64,000 bases of DNA from an uncultured Christensenella sp. (GTDB taxonomy: Bacteria; Bacillota; Clostridia; Christensenellales; Pumilibacteraceae). Position 1 is the stretch's first letter, and the number at the start of each line of letters is the position of its first letter. Both the position numbers and the translations under genes were made by a program. The notes under the pieces were generated by a model. That model was not told the DNA's origin, made no database searches, and saw only the letters and a program-made list of their open reading frames with translations. The DNA lies in assembly GCA_910577435.1 (NCBI GenBank), contig CAJTLV010000005.1, positions 7,080 through 71,079 of the forward strand, given 5' to 3'. Of this stretch, positions 18,381 through 27,936 are shown one piece after another.

Positions 18381-19316
18381 CTATAATAGCTCGGTCTCGT
18401 CCAATTCTATTTTCTCGGCTTCGCCCGTATTGCCGACGCACGTGTCGTTTTTAGACATTCTTATACCGCGCGCCGTCATATATATTCCCATTGCGGCGAT
18501 AGCGATAGAAACCGCCGCGCCCACTACATAGTTGAGTACGTTAAGTTCGCCCGACGTAAACGTACTCAGTATTACCGCCTGCAAAGCAAACAACGATATG
18601 AGCGCTGACGCGAAACTTATATTCTTCATCGCGCGCGGACCGACGTCGCCGTTGCGTCGCGCTTTGTACAGATTGCGCAAAGACAGCGCGAGCTTTACGA
18701 GCGAGTAGACGGCAACGACCGTGACATACGCGATCGTGCCGCCTATGTATGTGTAACTGTTCATTCCGAGCGCAACCAACCTAACTACCGGTACTACGAC
18801 TACCGCAAGCAGTATAAGAAGCGCACCGCAATATGTATACGCGCGCCGACGGTAGCGCCCGCTGTCGCTGGTCCCGGATTTTTTCTTTGCGGTAAAAAAC
18901 ACTACGACGCGGCAGATCGCCAGAATGACGTGGTATATTACGAGCGCGCCCAGCCACCACGAATTGGTCATATACGCAAATACCGTACCGAAAACCACAT
19001 AAGCCGTATTGAAAATCGCGGATATTACGCATATCACCTGCGAGCGGAATCCGAAATCGTATACAAATCTCTCGACGTCGCCGCGCTCTTCCATCTTTCC
19101 GAAAAGATCGGTTCGCGTCAGTCCGAGAAACAACGATATCAATAGGAATAAAATATTGAGCGAGTATATCAAATACGCCCACCATTCTTCGCCGTGCGCG
19201 GTAAATATGACCGCCGTACTTCCGCCGAGAAACATAGTCGTCAACGTCCATACCGTTATGCAAAACGGGTACGGGGGCTTATATATAAATGAAAGCAACC
19301 TGCTCCGAAAATCCAC
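18381..19316 (-). CDS. multi-pass membrane protein of unknown function
   Basis: 311 aa with about 7-8 hydrophobic segments. First gene of the unit that includes the ABC pair and the CDF gene. No family recognised. Confidence 0.55.
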   Translation of the reverse strand: MDFRSRLLSFIYKPPYPFCITVWTLTTMFLGGSTAVIFTAHGEEWWAYLIYSLNILFLLISLFLGLTRTDLFGKMEERGDVERFVYDFGFRSQVICVISAIFNTAYVVFGTVFAYMTNSWWLGALVIYHVILAICRVVVFFTAKKKSGTSDSGRYRRRAYTYCGALLILLAVVVVPVVRLVALGMNSYTYIGGTIAYVTVVAVYSLVKLALSLRNLYKARRNGDVGPRAMKNISFASALISLFALQAVILSTFTSGELNVLNYVVGAAVSIAIAAMGIYMTARGIRMSKNDTCVGNTGEAEKIELDETELL

Positions 19317-19503
19317 CTATATATAATACCATTTAACATCGACATTGTCAACAGTACTGACGCAAACGGTATCCGCGCGCATATAAACGGCTATGACTGC
19401 CGCGCACACCGCCACATCGGCTTATTTAACGGCATAATCGACCTGTTCCGCTGCCGAAAAAGCGCGTCGAACGTTTTCGCCTGCGGAAATTCGACGAAAA
19501 TCA

Positions 19504-19532
19504 TTGCCAACCGAACCGAAATATGATATAGT
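19504..19532 (+). promoter_or_regulatory. SigA-type promoter for the DUF1538 operon
   Basis: TTGCCA, a 17-nt spacer, then TATAGT, ending 14 nt before ATG 19547. Confidence 0.4.
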
Positions 19533-19546
19533 TTGTATATACATAT

Positions 19547-21085
19547 ATGAAACAACTGCTCATCAAACTGCGCGAAGCGTTTATATCGGTTTTGCCCGTT
19601 GCAGCTATCGTGCTAATTTTGGCGGCGACCCCGCTTACCGATTTCTCGTCGACAGAACTTATCACCTTTTCGGTTTCGGCGGTATTTCTCGTTATAGGAA
19701 TCGCGCTGTTCAATCTGGGCGCGGACCTCGCAATGACGCCTATGGGTTCGCACGTCGGCGTAGGCCTTACAAAGTCCAAAAAGCTGACCGTGCTTCTCAT
19801 CGTGTGCTTCGTTATGGGCATACTTATTACAGTCGCCGAACCCGATCTGTCCGTACTCGCCGACCAAGTGCGCGCAGTGATGAACAATATAGTTCTTATT
19901 GTCACAGTCGGCGTCGGCGTAGGTCTGTTCCTGCTCATAGCCGTGCTCAAAATAGTGTTACGGCGAGATCTGTCGGCGCTTCTTCTGTTTTTCTATATGG
20001 TGCTGTTCGCCATATGCGCTCTGCTTATCGAAAGCGGCAAAAACGACTTTCTCGCGATGTCTTTCGATTCGGGCGGCGTCACGACAGGTCCCATAACAGT
20101 GCCGTTCATTATGGCGCTCGGCGTGGGCATATCGACTACGATAGGCGGCAGGAATAGCAACGAAAACAGCTTCGGACTTGTCGCGCTTTGCTCGATAGGG
20201 CCTATCATCGCGGTTATGATACTGTCGCTCGCGGCGACGGGCGATCTTACATACACGATTCCCGACTACTCGATGTCTTCCGCGCTCGGCGGTTTCGGAA
20301 ACGTCATAGGCGAAACGGTACTCGAAGTTTTGCGCGCACTCGCGCTCATAGTGCTGTTTTTCGTGATATTGCAGCTGACCGTATTGAAGTTGCCCAAACC
20401 GGAAATAGTCCGTATCGTAATCGGCATCGCCTACACTTTCGTCGGGCTGATAGTTTTCCTCACCGCCGTAAAGATCGGGTTTATGCCGATCGGCTTTAAG
20501 CTCGGCACACAGCTGGCCGACAACAAAATCGTTCTCGTCGTATTCGGGCTTGTGATCGGTATGGTCGTTGTTCTCGCCGAGCCGGCTATACACGTTCTCA
20601 ATAAACAGGTCGAAGAAATAACGGGCGGCGGCGTTACAAAGAAGGAAATGCTGATCGCGCTGTGCATAGGCGTCGGACTTTCGATTGCGCTGTCTATGAT
20701 TCGCATAATCTACGGCTTCTCGATTTTGTATTATCTCATTCCCGGATATTGCCTGTCGCTCGGACTGTCGTTCTTCGTTCCCAAGCTGTACACGGCGATA
20801 GCGTTCGACTCCGGCGGCGTCGCGAGCGGTCCGCTTACGTCGAGTTTCATTCTGCCGCTTGCCGTCGGCGCCTGTTCGAGCGTCGCGGACGAAGGGAGCA
20901 TTCTGTCGCTCGGCTTCGGCATTGTCGCTATGGTCGCGATGATCCCGCTTATCACGATACAGTTGCTCGGCTTTAAGGCAGTGATGTCGGCAAAGGCGAG
21001 AAACCGCATCACAATGAAACGAATACTGTCCGCAGACGACGAACAGATAATCAACTTTGCGTGGGAGAGCGACAATGGCAAATAA
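19547..21085 (+). CDS. DUF1538-family integral membrane protein
   Basis: 512 aa in two homologous halves, each with FDSGGVT(T/A)GP-type motifs (FDSGGVTTGPITVPF and FDSGGVASGPLTSSF). This is typical of DUF1538 as I remember it, including the following PII-like genes. Confidence 0.7.
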   Translation: MKQLLIKLREAFISVLPVAAIVLILAATPLTDFSSTELITFSVSAVFLVIGIALFNLGADLAMTPMGSHVGVGLTKSKKLTVLLIVCFVMGILITVAEPDLSVLADQVRAVMNNIVLIVTVGVGVGLFLLIAVLKIVLRRDLSALLLFFYMVLFAICALLIESGKNDFLAMSFDSGGVTTGPITVPFIMALGVGISTTIGGRNSNENSFGLVALCSIGPIIAVMILSLAATGDLTYTIPDYSMSSALGGFGNVIGETVLEVLRALALIVLFFVILQLTVLKLPKPEIVRIVIGIAYTFVGLIVFLTAVKIGFMPIGFKLGTQLADNKIVLVVFGLVIGMVVVLAEPAIHVLNKQVEEITGGGVTKKEMLIALCIGVGLSIALSMIRIIYGFSILYYLIPGYCLSLGLSFFVPKLYTAIAFDSGGVASGPLTSSFILPLAVGACSSVADEGSILSLGFGIVAMVAMIPLITIQLLGFKAVMSAKARNRITMKRILSADDEQIINFAWESDNGK

Positions 21086-21587
21086 AAAGTCGAAACCCGA
21101 AAAGAACAATAAAACGCTCAAAAGCGCAGTAAAAGACGGTACTGAAAAACTCGCGAAAAAAGCGGAAAACTCCACCGCGCGAAAAAAGATACGCGCCGCA
21201 AAAGACGCTTTCAAGCATCCCGCTGTCAAAGAGAACCGCTTGGAGTTGCTGTTCACGATAGTAAACCGCAGTAAAGCCGAATATTATATCGACCTGCTCA
21301 ACTCTTTTGACGTGAATATGCAACTCGTTATGCTCGGTCACGGCACGGCGGACGCGAGTACGCTCGCGCTGTTCGGACTTACCGACTCCGATAAAGCCGT
21401 GATAATAAGCGTCATTCAGGAAACAAAAATAAAAGATGCGCTAGCCACTCTCGAAGAAAAGTTCGCAAAAATAAAAAACGGCAAGGGCATAGCTTACACA
21501 GTGCCTATGACGAGCGTGATCGGCACGCTGATTTTCGGGTTTTTGAGCAATAATAAAATGGCAGTCAAGGACGGCAGGGAGAAATAA
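21075..21587 (+). CDS. PII-like (nitrogen regulatory protein P-II fold) protein with a Lys-rich N-terminal extension
   Basis: ORF 21057..21587. ATG 21075 follows GGGAGAG. The core LELLFTIVNRSKAEYYIDLL...AVIISVI...GIAYTVPM matches a PII-like beta-alpha-beta repeat. Confidence 0.6.
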   Translation: MANKKSKPEKNNKTLKSAVKDGTEKLAKKAENSTARKKIRAAKDAFKHPAVKENRLELLFTIVNRSKAEYYIDLLNSFDVNMQLVMLGHGTADASTLALFGLTDSDKAVIISVIQETKIKDALATLEEKFAKIKNGKGIAYTVPMTSVIGTLIFGFLSNNKMAVKDGREK

Positions 21588-21589
21588 TA

Positions 21590-22006
21590 ATGACCGAATA
21601 CGAACTCGTAATGTGCATAGTCAATACAGGATTTTCGGATACCGTTATGAACGCGGCGAAAGAAGTCGGCGCGCGCGGCGGCACGGTCATTCACGCTCGC
21701 GGCACGGCGAATAAGGAAGCGGAAGAGTTTTTCCATATAACCGTTCAGCCGGACAAAGAAATAGTGATGATCCTCGTTCCGACGGATATAAAAGAAGCCG
21801 TTCTACACGCGGTATATCAAGCGGCGGGATTGAAGACGGCGGGTCAAGGCATTTCGTTCACCCTACCCGTCACCAACGTAGTGGGTCTTACGCCGGCAAC
21901 CGGTACTCCTGATGTTGCGGCTACCGTCACGCCGCCCGCCGCACCCGTCGGATCGGAGAACTATACAAAAACGCCGATCGACATCGACACTCCCGAACAA
22001 GAATGA
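21590..22006 (+). CDS. PII-like protein
   Basis: 138 aa. YELVMCIVNTGFSDTVMNAAKEVGARGGTVIHARG...IVMILVP...GISFTLPV, followed by a Pro/Thr/Ala-rich tail. Confidence 0.65.
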   Translation: MTEYELVMCIVNTGFSDTVMNAAKEVGARGGTVIHARGTANKEAEEFFHITVQPDKEIVMILVPTDIKEAVLHAVYQAAGLKTAGQGISFTLPVTNVVGLTPATGTPDVAATVTPPAAPVGSENYTKTPIDIDTPEQE

Positions 22007-22086
22007 TTCCCCGCTTAGCGGCATTGAAATTATACAATAGTCAAACCGCTTAACGGCGACCGTCGTGTAATTATCGATACAAATAT

Positions 22087-22109
22087 AAAAGCGCCTTGCG
22101 GCGCTTTTT
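22087..22109. terminator. bidirectional intrinsic terminator between the PII-like gene and asnS
   Basis: AAAAGCGCC-TTGC-GGCGCTTTTT. A perfect 9-bp stem flanked by A and T runs. Confidence 0.6.
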
Positions 22110-22110
22110 A

Positions 22111-23487
22111 TTATCTCAACTCGTCTTTCGTTCTGGGGAATTCTATCGTATCGCGGATATTCGACATACCGGTGATATACATCATAATACGTTCGAGTCC
22201 CAAGCCGAACCCGCTGTGCGGCACACTGCCGTACTTGCGAAGATCGAGATAGTTCTCGTAATCTGACAGTTTCATTCCGCGCGCTTTGATTTCGGCAAGC
22301 AGTTTATCGTAGTCGTTTTCGCGCTCCGAACAACCGATTATCTCGCCCACTCCGGGAACGAGTAGATCGGTCGCGGCAACGGTCTTGCCGTCGGGGTTCT
22401 TCTTCATATAGAAGGATTTTATCTTTCTCGGATAGTTGACGACGAACACCGGTTTTTTGAAATACTCGTCGGTGAGATATCGCTCGTGTTCGGTCTGCAA
22501 ATCGAGTCCCCACTCTACGGGATACACGAAAGTCTTACCCGATTTTTTGAGTATCTCTATCGCGTCGGTATAGTCCACGCGCGCAAACTCGCTGTCGACA
22601 ACGTTTTGCAGTTTGGCGATCAAACCGTTCTCGAACCGCGCATCGAAGAATTCGAGTTCGGGACGGCAATTGTCCATTACGTGACCGATTATGCTCTTTA
22701 TCATATCGGTCGCAATGCCGATAATGTCGTTGATGTCGGCGAACGCGACTTCCGGCTCTATCTGCCAAAACTCTGCGGCGTGGCGCGGCGTGTTGCTGTT
22801 TTCCGCTCTGAACGTAGGTCCGAACGTGTATATCTTTCCGAGCGCGGTAGCCATGACCTCGCCTTCCAACTGACCCGAAACGGTAAGTCCCGCAGGTCTG
22901 CCGAAGAAGTCCTTTGCGTTGTATTCGTCCTCGCTTTTCACCGTCTTATCGAACCCGACGGTGGTCACTTTGAACACCTCGCCCGCGCCCTCGCAGTCGC
23001 TTCCCGTGATTATCGGCGAGTGTACGTAATAGTAACCGTTGTCGTGAAAGAATTTGTGTATCGCGTACGAAAGCTCGCTCCTGACGCGAAATACGGCGTT
23101 AAACGTGTTGGTGCGCACGCGAAGATGCGGAATGGTGCGCAGATACTCCATCGTGTGTCGCTTTTTTTGAAGCGGGTACGACGGATCGCTCGCGCCCAAA
23201 AGCTCGACTTTTTCGGCGCGGATTTCCACCGACTCGGCTTTGAGTCCGTTCTCGACTTTGCCCACAACCGATATTGCCGCGCCCAAGTTAAGAACGCCGT
23301 CGAGCGTGTGCGCGTCGAAGTCCGCTTTTTCGAAAACGACCTGAATATGATTAAGCTCGCTGCCGTCGTTAAGCTCTACGAACGCGACGTTCTTTGAGTC
23401 GCGCGACGTGCGCACCCAACCGCATACGGCTACTTTTTTTCCGACGTAATCGCCCCTTCTAATCTTGCACAGATCGATATGTTCCAT
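22111..23487 (-). CDS. asnS: asparagine--tRNA ligase
   Basis: 458 aa. Class IIb aaRS with an N-terminal OB fold and motifs FRAENSNTPRHAAEFWQIE and GFGLGLERI. Confidence 0.95.
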   Translation of the reverse strand: MEHIDLCKIRRGDYVGKKVAVCGWVRTSRDSKNVAFVELNDGSELNHIQVVFEKADFDAHTLDGVLNLGAAISVVGKVENGLKAESVEIRAEKVELLGASDPSYPLQKKRHTMEYLRTIPHLRVRTNTFNAVFRVRSELSYAIHKFFHDNGYYYVHSPIITGSDCEGAGEVFKVTTVGFDKTVKSEDEYNAKDFFGRPAGLTVSGQLEGEVMATALGKIYTFGPTFRAENSNTPRHAAEFWQIEPEVAFADINDIIGIATDMIKSIIGHVMDNCRPELEFFDARFENGLIAKLQNVVDSEFARVDYTDAIEILKKSGKTFVYPVEWGLDLQTEHERYLTDEYFKKPVFVVNYPRKIKSFYMKKNPDGKTVAATDLLVPGVGEIIGCSERENDYDKLLAEIKARGMKLSDYENYLDLRKYGSVPHSGFGLGLERIMMYITGMSNIRDTIEFPRTKDELR

Positions 23488-23571
23488 AAAAATTTGTCCT
23501 TTAAGTTTTTCTAATTATAGACGATTTAACGCTAATAGTCAACCGAATACGCGCGTATGCTTCCCCTTTGT

Positions 23572-24339
23572 TCACCCTTTTTTCGCACGCTTTTCAAACA
23601 CGACGACGGCGACGGCGGTAAGCGCGACCGTGTACGCGAACGCAATTACGAACGGCAACCACACGTTAGCCCAATCACCCGTAAGCGCGTACCGAATAAT
23701 ATCGTATACGTGCGCAAACGGGAATACGCGGCAAAACACAGCGAATCCGCCGCCTATCATATCGAGATCGAACCACATTCCCGAAAGAAGCGCGGCGACC
23801 TGAACGACCGCCGAGCATACGGGCGGCGCGCCCTTTGCCGAAAGCGTACTGCCGAATATCATCCCTATCGATACGAACATAACGGAAAACAGTACCGCGA
23901 ACAACAACGCGGGCAGAATATTGACGGTCGGCGTCAGTCCGAAGCACAGCGCCGCGACGAATATCGTCACGCTCTGCGCCGCCGCTATCGGAAGCACTCC
24001 GAGCATATACCCGACGATATAATCGACGGACGTCAGTGGCGAAGCATACAGACGCGACAGAAAACTCTGCGCGCGATCGCTCGATATCAGCATAGCGCAA
24101 AACAGACTGAGAAACGCCGCGCCGAAAATGACCGCGCCGCCCGTAAATCTGTCCACGCCGAACATCGGCACGTTCGCCGCCGCCCGTTCGCCTATAGAAT
24201 TCACTATGATCTGCATAATTATAAATATGCCGATCGGAAGCGCCAGCCCGAACGCCCAACTGGCGGGCGAACGCATTGTTTCGAGTACATTCCGCCGCGC
24301 GAACACGACGCCGCCGCTCAGCGCCTTAGGATTTTTCAC
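23572..24339 (-). CDS. ABC-2 type transporter permease
   Basis: 255 aa with six hydrophobic segments. 4-nt overlap with the ATPase gene. Confidence 0.75.
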   Translation of the reverse strand: MKNPKALSGGVVFARRNVLETMRSPASWAFGLALPIGIFIIMQIIVNSIGERAAANVPMFGVDRFTGGAVIFGAAFLSLFCAMLISSDRAQSFLSRLYASPLTSVDYIVGYMLGVLPIAAAQSVTIFVAALCFGLTPTVNILPALLFAVLFSVMFVSIGMIFGSTLSAKGAPPVCSAVVQVAALLSGMWFDLDMIGGGFAVFCRVFPFAHVYDIIRYALTGDWANVWLPFVIAFAYTVALTAVAVVVFEKRAKKG

Positions 24340-25079
24340 AATACAAACTCCTCGCCCGCCAGCTTCAAAAAAGCGTTTTCGAAATTATCTTCGCCGCTCC
24401 GCCTTTTCAATTCGTCGACCGTGCCGACTGCGGTTATCCTGCCGTTTGTCATTACTGCGATGCGATCGCACAGCGCTTCCGCCTCTTCCAGATAGTGCGT
24501 AGTGAGAACGACGGCAGTATTGTCCGATATATCTCTTATAATTTGCCATAGAACGCGCCGCGCAACTACGTCGAGTCCGAGCGTCGGCTCGTCCAAAAAC
24601 ACCAGTTTCGGTTCCGTTATCAAAGCCATTCCGAGCGACAGCCGCCGTTTCAGTCCGCCCGACAGTTTTCCCGCACGATCGTTCAGTCTGTCGGATAACC
24701 CCAACCTCTCCGCAACGTTTTCGGCGCGTTCTTTCGCCTCGACTTTGTCCGCGCCGTAAACGCTTGCAATGAACATCAGATTTTCGCGCACCGACAGCAT
24801 AGGCGCTACCGCCGTCTCCTGCGGACTGACATTGAGCAGGTTTTTCGCCGCGCGCGTGTCCGTCGCTACGTCATGACCGAACACCGACACGCTACCGCCG
24901 TCGGGTTTTATCAACCCCGTACATATTCCTATCGCAGTAGATTTTCCCGCACCGTTCATTCCGAGCAGTCCGAATATCTCGCCGCAATCTATTTCGAAAC
25001 TCACTCCGTCTACGGCAGTCACCGTGCGGCGATGAGCTTTATAGCGCTTTTCTATATTACAAACACTCAATGCTTTCAT
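24336..25079 (-). CDS. ABC transporter ATP-binding protein
   Basis: Walker A GMNGAGKST, signature LSGGLKRRL, Walker B LVFLDEP. Confidence 0.9.
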   Translation of the reverse strand: MKALSVCNIEKRYKAHRRTVTAVDGVSFEIDCGEIFGLLGMNGAGKSTAIGICTGLIKPDGGSVSVFGHDVATDTRAAKNLLNVSPQETAVAPMLSVRENLMFIASVYGADKVEAKERAENVAERLGLSDRLNDRAGKLSGGLKRRLSLGMALITEPKLVFLDEPTLGLDVVARRVLWQIIRDISDNTAVVLTTHYLEEAEALCDRIAVMTNGRITAVGTVDELKRRSGEDNFENAFLKLAGEEFVL

Positions 25080-25633
25080 ACGTTCTCTCCGTCGCTCTTA
25101 TAAAACGCAGTCATCGCGCGTGATATATCCTTAGTGAATTGCTCGATCTCCCGCTCGGAAAGAGTCATTTCGTTGTCCGCCGCGACCGCCGCCAATCCGT
25201 GTAATGCCATCCATAAACATAGATGAACGCGATATGCCGTTTCCCGCGAAAGCCCCGTTATCTCGACCAGCTTGTCTATTATCGTACCGTCTACGAGTTT
25301 ATGCGACAGATCGTTAAGTCCGTCGTATCCGTAATTTTGCTCGCGAAACAAAAATTCAAACAACCTCTTGTGCTTGACGGCAAACTTCACATACCCGACC
25401 GCCCGATCGAGCGCTTCTCCGCTCACCTCGCGAACGAATGTACGCCAGCCACGTTCTATCGCCGCTTGTCGCACTCCGTCCATATCGCCGAATATGCGGT
25501 AAATAGGTTGAGTGGATATTCCCAGTCTCGCCGCGACGTTTCTCGCCGATACCTCGCCGAACCCGCTCTCTTCGACGATATCCATTACCGCATCGATTAT
25601 TCTATCGCCGCTCACTTCCGTCTTGCGCGCCAC
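25076..25633 (-). CDS. TetR/AcrR family transcriptional regulator
   Basis: 185 aa with a GTG start preceded by GGAGG. N-terminal HTH VSARNVAARLGISTQPIYRIFGDM. First gene of the ABC-2 operon. Confidence 0.9.
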   Translation of the reverse strand: MARKTEVSGDRIIDAVMDIVEESGFGEVSARNVAARLGISTQPIYRIFGDMDGVRQAAIERGWRTFVREVSGEALDRAVGYVKFAVKHKRLFEFLFREQNYGYDGLNDLSHKLVDGTIIDKLVEITGLSRETAYRVHLCLWMALHGLAAVAADNEMTLSEREIEQFTKDISRAMTAFYKSDGENV

Positions 25634-25644
25634 GATCCGCCTCC

Positions 25645-25672
25645 AAATTAAATAACAGTTGTTATTTAATTT
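25645..25672. promoter_or_regulatory. perfect inverted repeat; probable TetR operator
   Basis: AAATTAAATAAC-agtt-GTTATTTAATTT. 12-nt perfect arms with a 4-nt spacer, 12 nt upstream of the tetR start, in the divergent intergenic region. Confidence 0.55.
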
Positions 25673-25716
25673 ATTATATACCGCGAAACCGACAAAGTCA
25701 AGTATTTTCGCAAGAA

Positions 25717-26274
25717 TTGAAAAAATTCGGAATATCGCAAAGGGAGACGGCGCATACTAACGGCACTATGGAAGATTCAGTTGTAGTCAGAAATCAAAGA
25801 AGACTGTCCGACGCGGCGCTGTTCTGGGTATGCACCCTGCTGACCGTAGGTATCGGACTCGCCATCGCATACAGCTCGGGTATAATCAACGGACAGAACG
25901 GACTTACCAATCTGCCGTACAGATTTCCCGACTGGTCGATAATCGTAATGCCGCCGGTGTTGTTTTTGCACTTGGGGCTTGCTCTTTTCTTCGCACTGCG
26001 CCAGAACGTGTATACCGCCAACGGCAGAACCGCGCGCGTGTGGATGTGGGTATTCTGGACAGCGTTATTCGTTGCGACTTCTATCGCGCCGTATTTCGTT
26101 TTCTATAATATGCCGCTCGCATCTTACATCGTAGCGACTATAGGTTGCGCGCTCGCGATCGGTACTATGATACTGATGTACTACCATTCGACTGCCGCCG
26201 GTATCGTAATGACGATATTCTTTCTCGTCTCGGTAAGTACAATGGTATATCTAGGCTATTGGGCATTCGCGTAA
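25717..26274 (+). CDS. small multi-pass membrane protein of unknown function, divergent from tetR
   Basis: 185-aa ORF (start may be MEDSVVV at 25768). Five hydrophobic segments. Confidence 0.5.
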   Translation: MKKFGISQRETAHTNGTMEDSVVVRNQRRLSDAALFWVCTLLTVGIGLAIAYSSGIINGQNGLTNLPYRFPDWSIIVMPPVLFLHLGLALFFALRQNVYTANGRTARVWMWVFWTALFVATSIAPYFVFYNMPLASYIVATIGCALAIGTMILMYYHSTAAGIVMTIFFLVSVSTMVYLGYWAFA

Positions 26275-26302
26275 TCGGCGACAGAACTAAAGAAAACCGA
26301 TA

Positions 26303-26332
26303 AAACTCCCGTTCGGAAAAAACGGGAGTTTT
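26303..26332 (+). terminator. intrinsic terminator
   Basis: AAAACTCCCGTT-cggaaa-AACGGGAGTTTT, 29 nt after the stop at 26274. Confidence 0.6.
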
Positions 26333-26352
26333 ACATATTAAATTACCGCAAC

Positions 26353-26384
26353 GCAAAACGCTCGACGTAAGTCGAGCGTTTTGC
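26353..26384. terminator. second perfect hairpin (14-bp stem)
   Basis: GCAAAACGCTCGAC-gtaa-GTCGAGCGTTTTGC. Could serve transcription from either side. Confidence 0.45.
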
Positions 26385-26583
26385 TATATGATAAGGGGGA
26401 AAATGATGAGCGATTTAATGACCTTTGACGTTCCAGTACAGCAACATCACGTTCAAAGTAAGTTCATTATATACCGTCCCGTAAAATATGTCAAGCAAAA
26501 ATACACTGTTTTGTAAAATATTTTCGATTTTTTATTTTTAGTTTCAGGCTTATGCAAACGCTACGGGGTGAACCCGACCGCAT

Positions 26584-27936
26584 TCATACTTTATATTCTT
26601 TGGGAAGAAGCGAATACACTCTGCCCGCGACCGGAGTCAAGCCGAGCGCCGACTTGACGTAAGCCGCGCCGTTCCTCTTATCTGCGTCCAGTTTGCCGCA
26701 ATCGGAATACAGCGTACCTATAAACATACGCGCCTCGCCCTCCCATTTACCGCGCTTTTTGACTGCGCACATAAAAATTTCCGCCGCTTCTTCGGCCCGC
26801 TTTGTCGCGACCGAATCCGCACCGCTTACCATCAATCCGAACTCGCCCGAAAATCCTGCGCCGACTATCTTTCCGTAAACGCCGTCTTCGATCTTGCCGC
26901 CCGCTATCATATCCGCGAGCATCGCGAAAAGCCTGCGTTGCGCGACGATCAAACCTCTTTTGGCACACTCCGCATACATACCGACCGCGCGCAAAATATC
27001 GCGCGCTTCGCCCCATCCGCGCTCTATGCAAAGCGCATAATCGAACTTCGCCATATCGTCCGTTTCGGCGCGCTTCGCTATCTCCGCTATACCCCGCTCG
27101 GCGTTGCCCGTTCGAACGTCCGCTATCGCGAGTCTCAATCCCGCGTCCGAGTCGCCCAAATCGGCGGCACGCTTATAAAATTCCCGCGCCTTTTTCAGAT
27201 CTTTCTTTACGTATATGCCGTAATCGTAGAAATAACCGAGATTGAACAGCGCCGACGGATAATTTCCCTTTGCGGAACGCGTAATAAACGATACCGCCTC
27301 GTGCATATTCTGCGGCGTGTAATGCGCCACCGCCTCGCCGTACTTAAAGCACCCTTCGGGCGTCTTGGCTTGCTTTTTGAGCTTTTTAAGCAGTGCTTTT
27401 ATTCCGTTTTTGGACAGAGGCGCAAACTGTTCCGCGCTCGCCGCGTCGACAAAATCGGGCGCATACTTTGCCGAAAACTCGGCAAACGCCGCGAGCGTAT
27501 ACGAGTAACCGGTAAATACAAGCTCCTGCGCCCGCGTATCCCGCCGCAATTTTTTACACAGTATCGCGGTAAAAACGGCGCCGACAGGGGGCATCGACTG
27601 CATTATTCCCGTCACGATGCACAGCCCTTTATCGGAACGTCGGGAGAGCATAAAGCAATAAACCGCACAGGCAATATACCCCGCAAACAATATGCCGAGA
27701 GCCGCATACACCGCGTGCGCCGTATATTTATGCGAGTACGGAAACATAACCAACTGCACGAAAAACGCAATCAGTCCGAAAACGAACACAAACACCGAAG
27801 CCCGTCCCGCGACATTGGCATACGCTGTCTTTCTGTCCAGTAACAACAGCGCAGCGCCCTCTACCAGAGCAAAGAATGCGAGCGCGAGGTTTATGAAATA
27901 CAACACCTTGACAACCACTCTACGACCTCCACGCAA
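26584..27936 (-). CDS. membrane-anchored Sel1/TPR-like repeat protein
   Basis: 450 aa. An N-terminal ~130 aa with four hydrophobic segments, then Sel1-type repeats (SAKGNYPSALFNLGYFYDYGIYVKKDLKKAREFYKRAADLGDSDA...). Confidence 0.75.
   Translation of the reverse strand: MRGGRRVVVKVLYFINLALAFFALVEGAALLLLDRKTAYANVAGRASVFVFVFGLIAFFVQLVMFPYSHKYTAHAVYAALGILFAGYIACAVYCFMLSRRSDKGLCIVTGIMQSMPPVGAVFTAILCKKLRRDTRAQELVFTGYSYTLAAFAEFSAKYAPDFVDAASAEQFAPLSKNGIKALLKKLKKQAKTPEGCFKYGEAVAHYTPQNMHEAVSFITRSAKGNYPSALFNLGYFYDYGIYVKKDLKKAREFYKRAADLGDSDAGLRLAIADVRTGNAERGIAEIAKRAETDDMAKFDYALCIERGWGEARDILRAVGMYAECAKRGLIVAQRRLFAMLADMIAGGKIEDGVYGKIVGAGFSGEFGLMVSGADSVATKRAEEAAEIFMCAVKKRGKWEGEARMFIGTLYSDCGKLDADKRNGAAYVKSALGLTPVAGRVYSLLPKEYKV

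Noticed and set aside
19958-21256. A 432-aa minus-strand ORF and several 60-220-aa ORFs across the DUF1538 gene.
   Set aside because: They are antisense or alternative frames of a clear multi-TM protein. Their composition is Arg/Glu-rich and non-protein-like.
25717-26274. A TspO/MBR family assignment for the membrane protein divergent from tetR.
   Set aside because: It has five TM segments and a P-D-W motif, but I could not align the characteristic Trp-rich TspO motifs. I left it as unknown.
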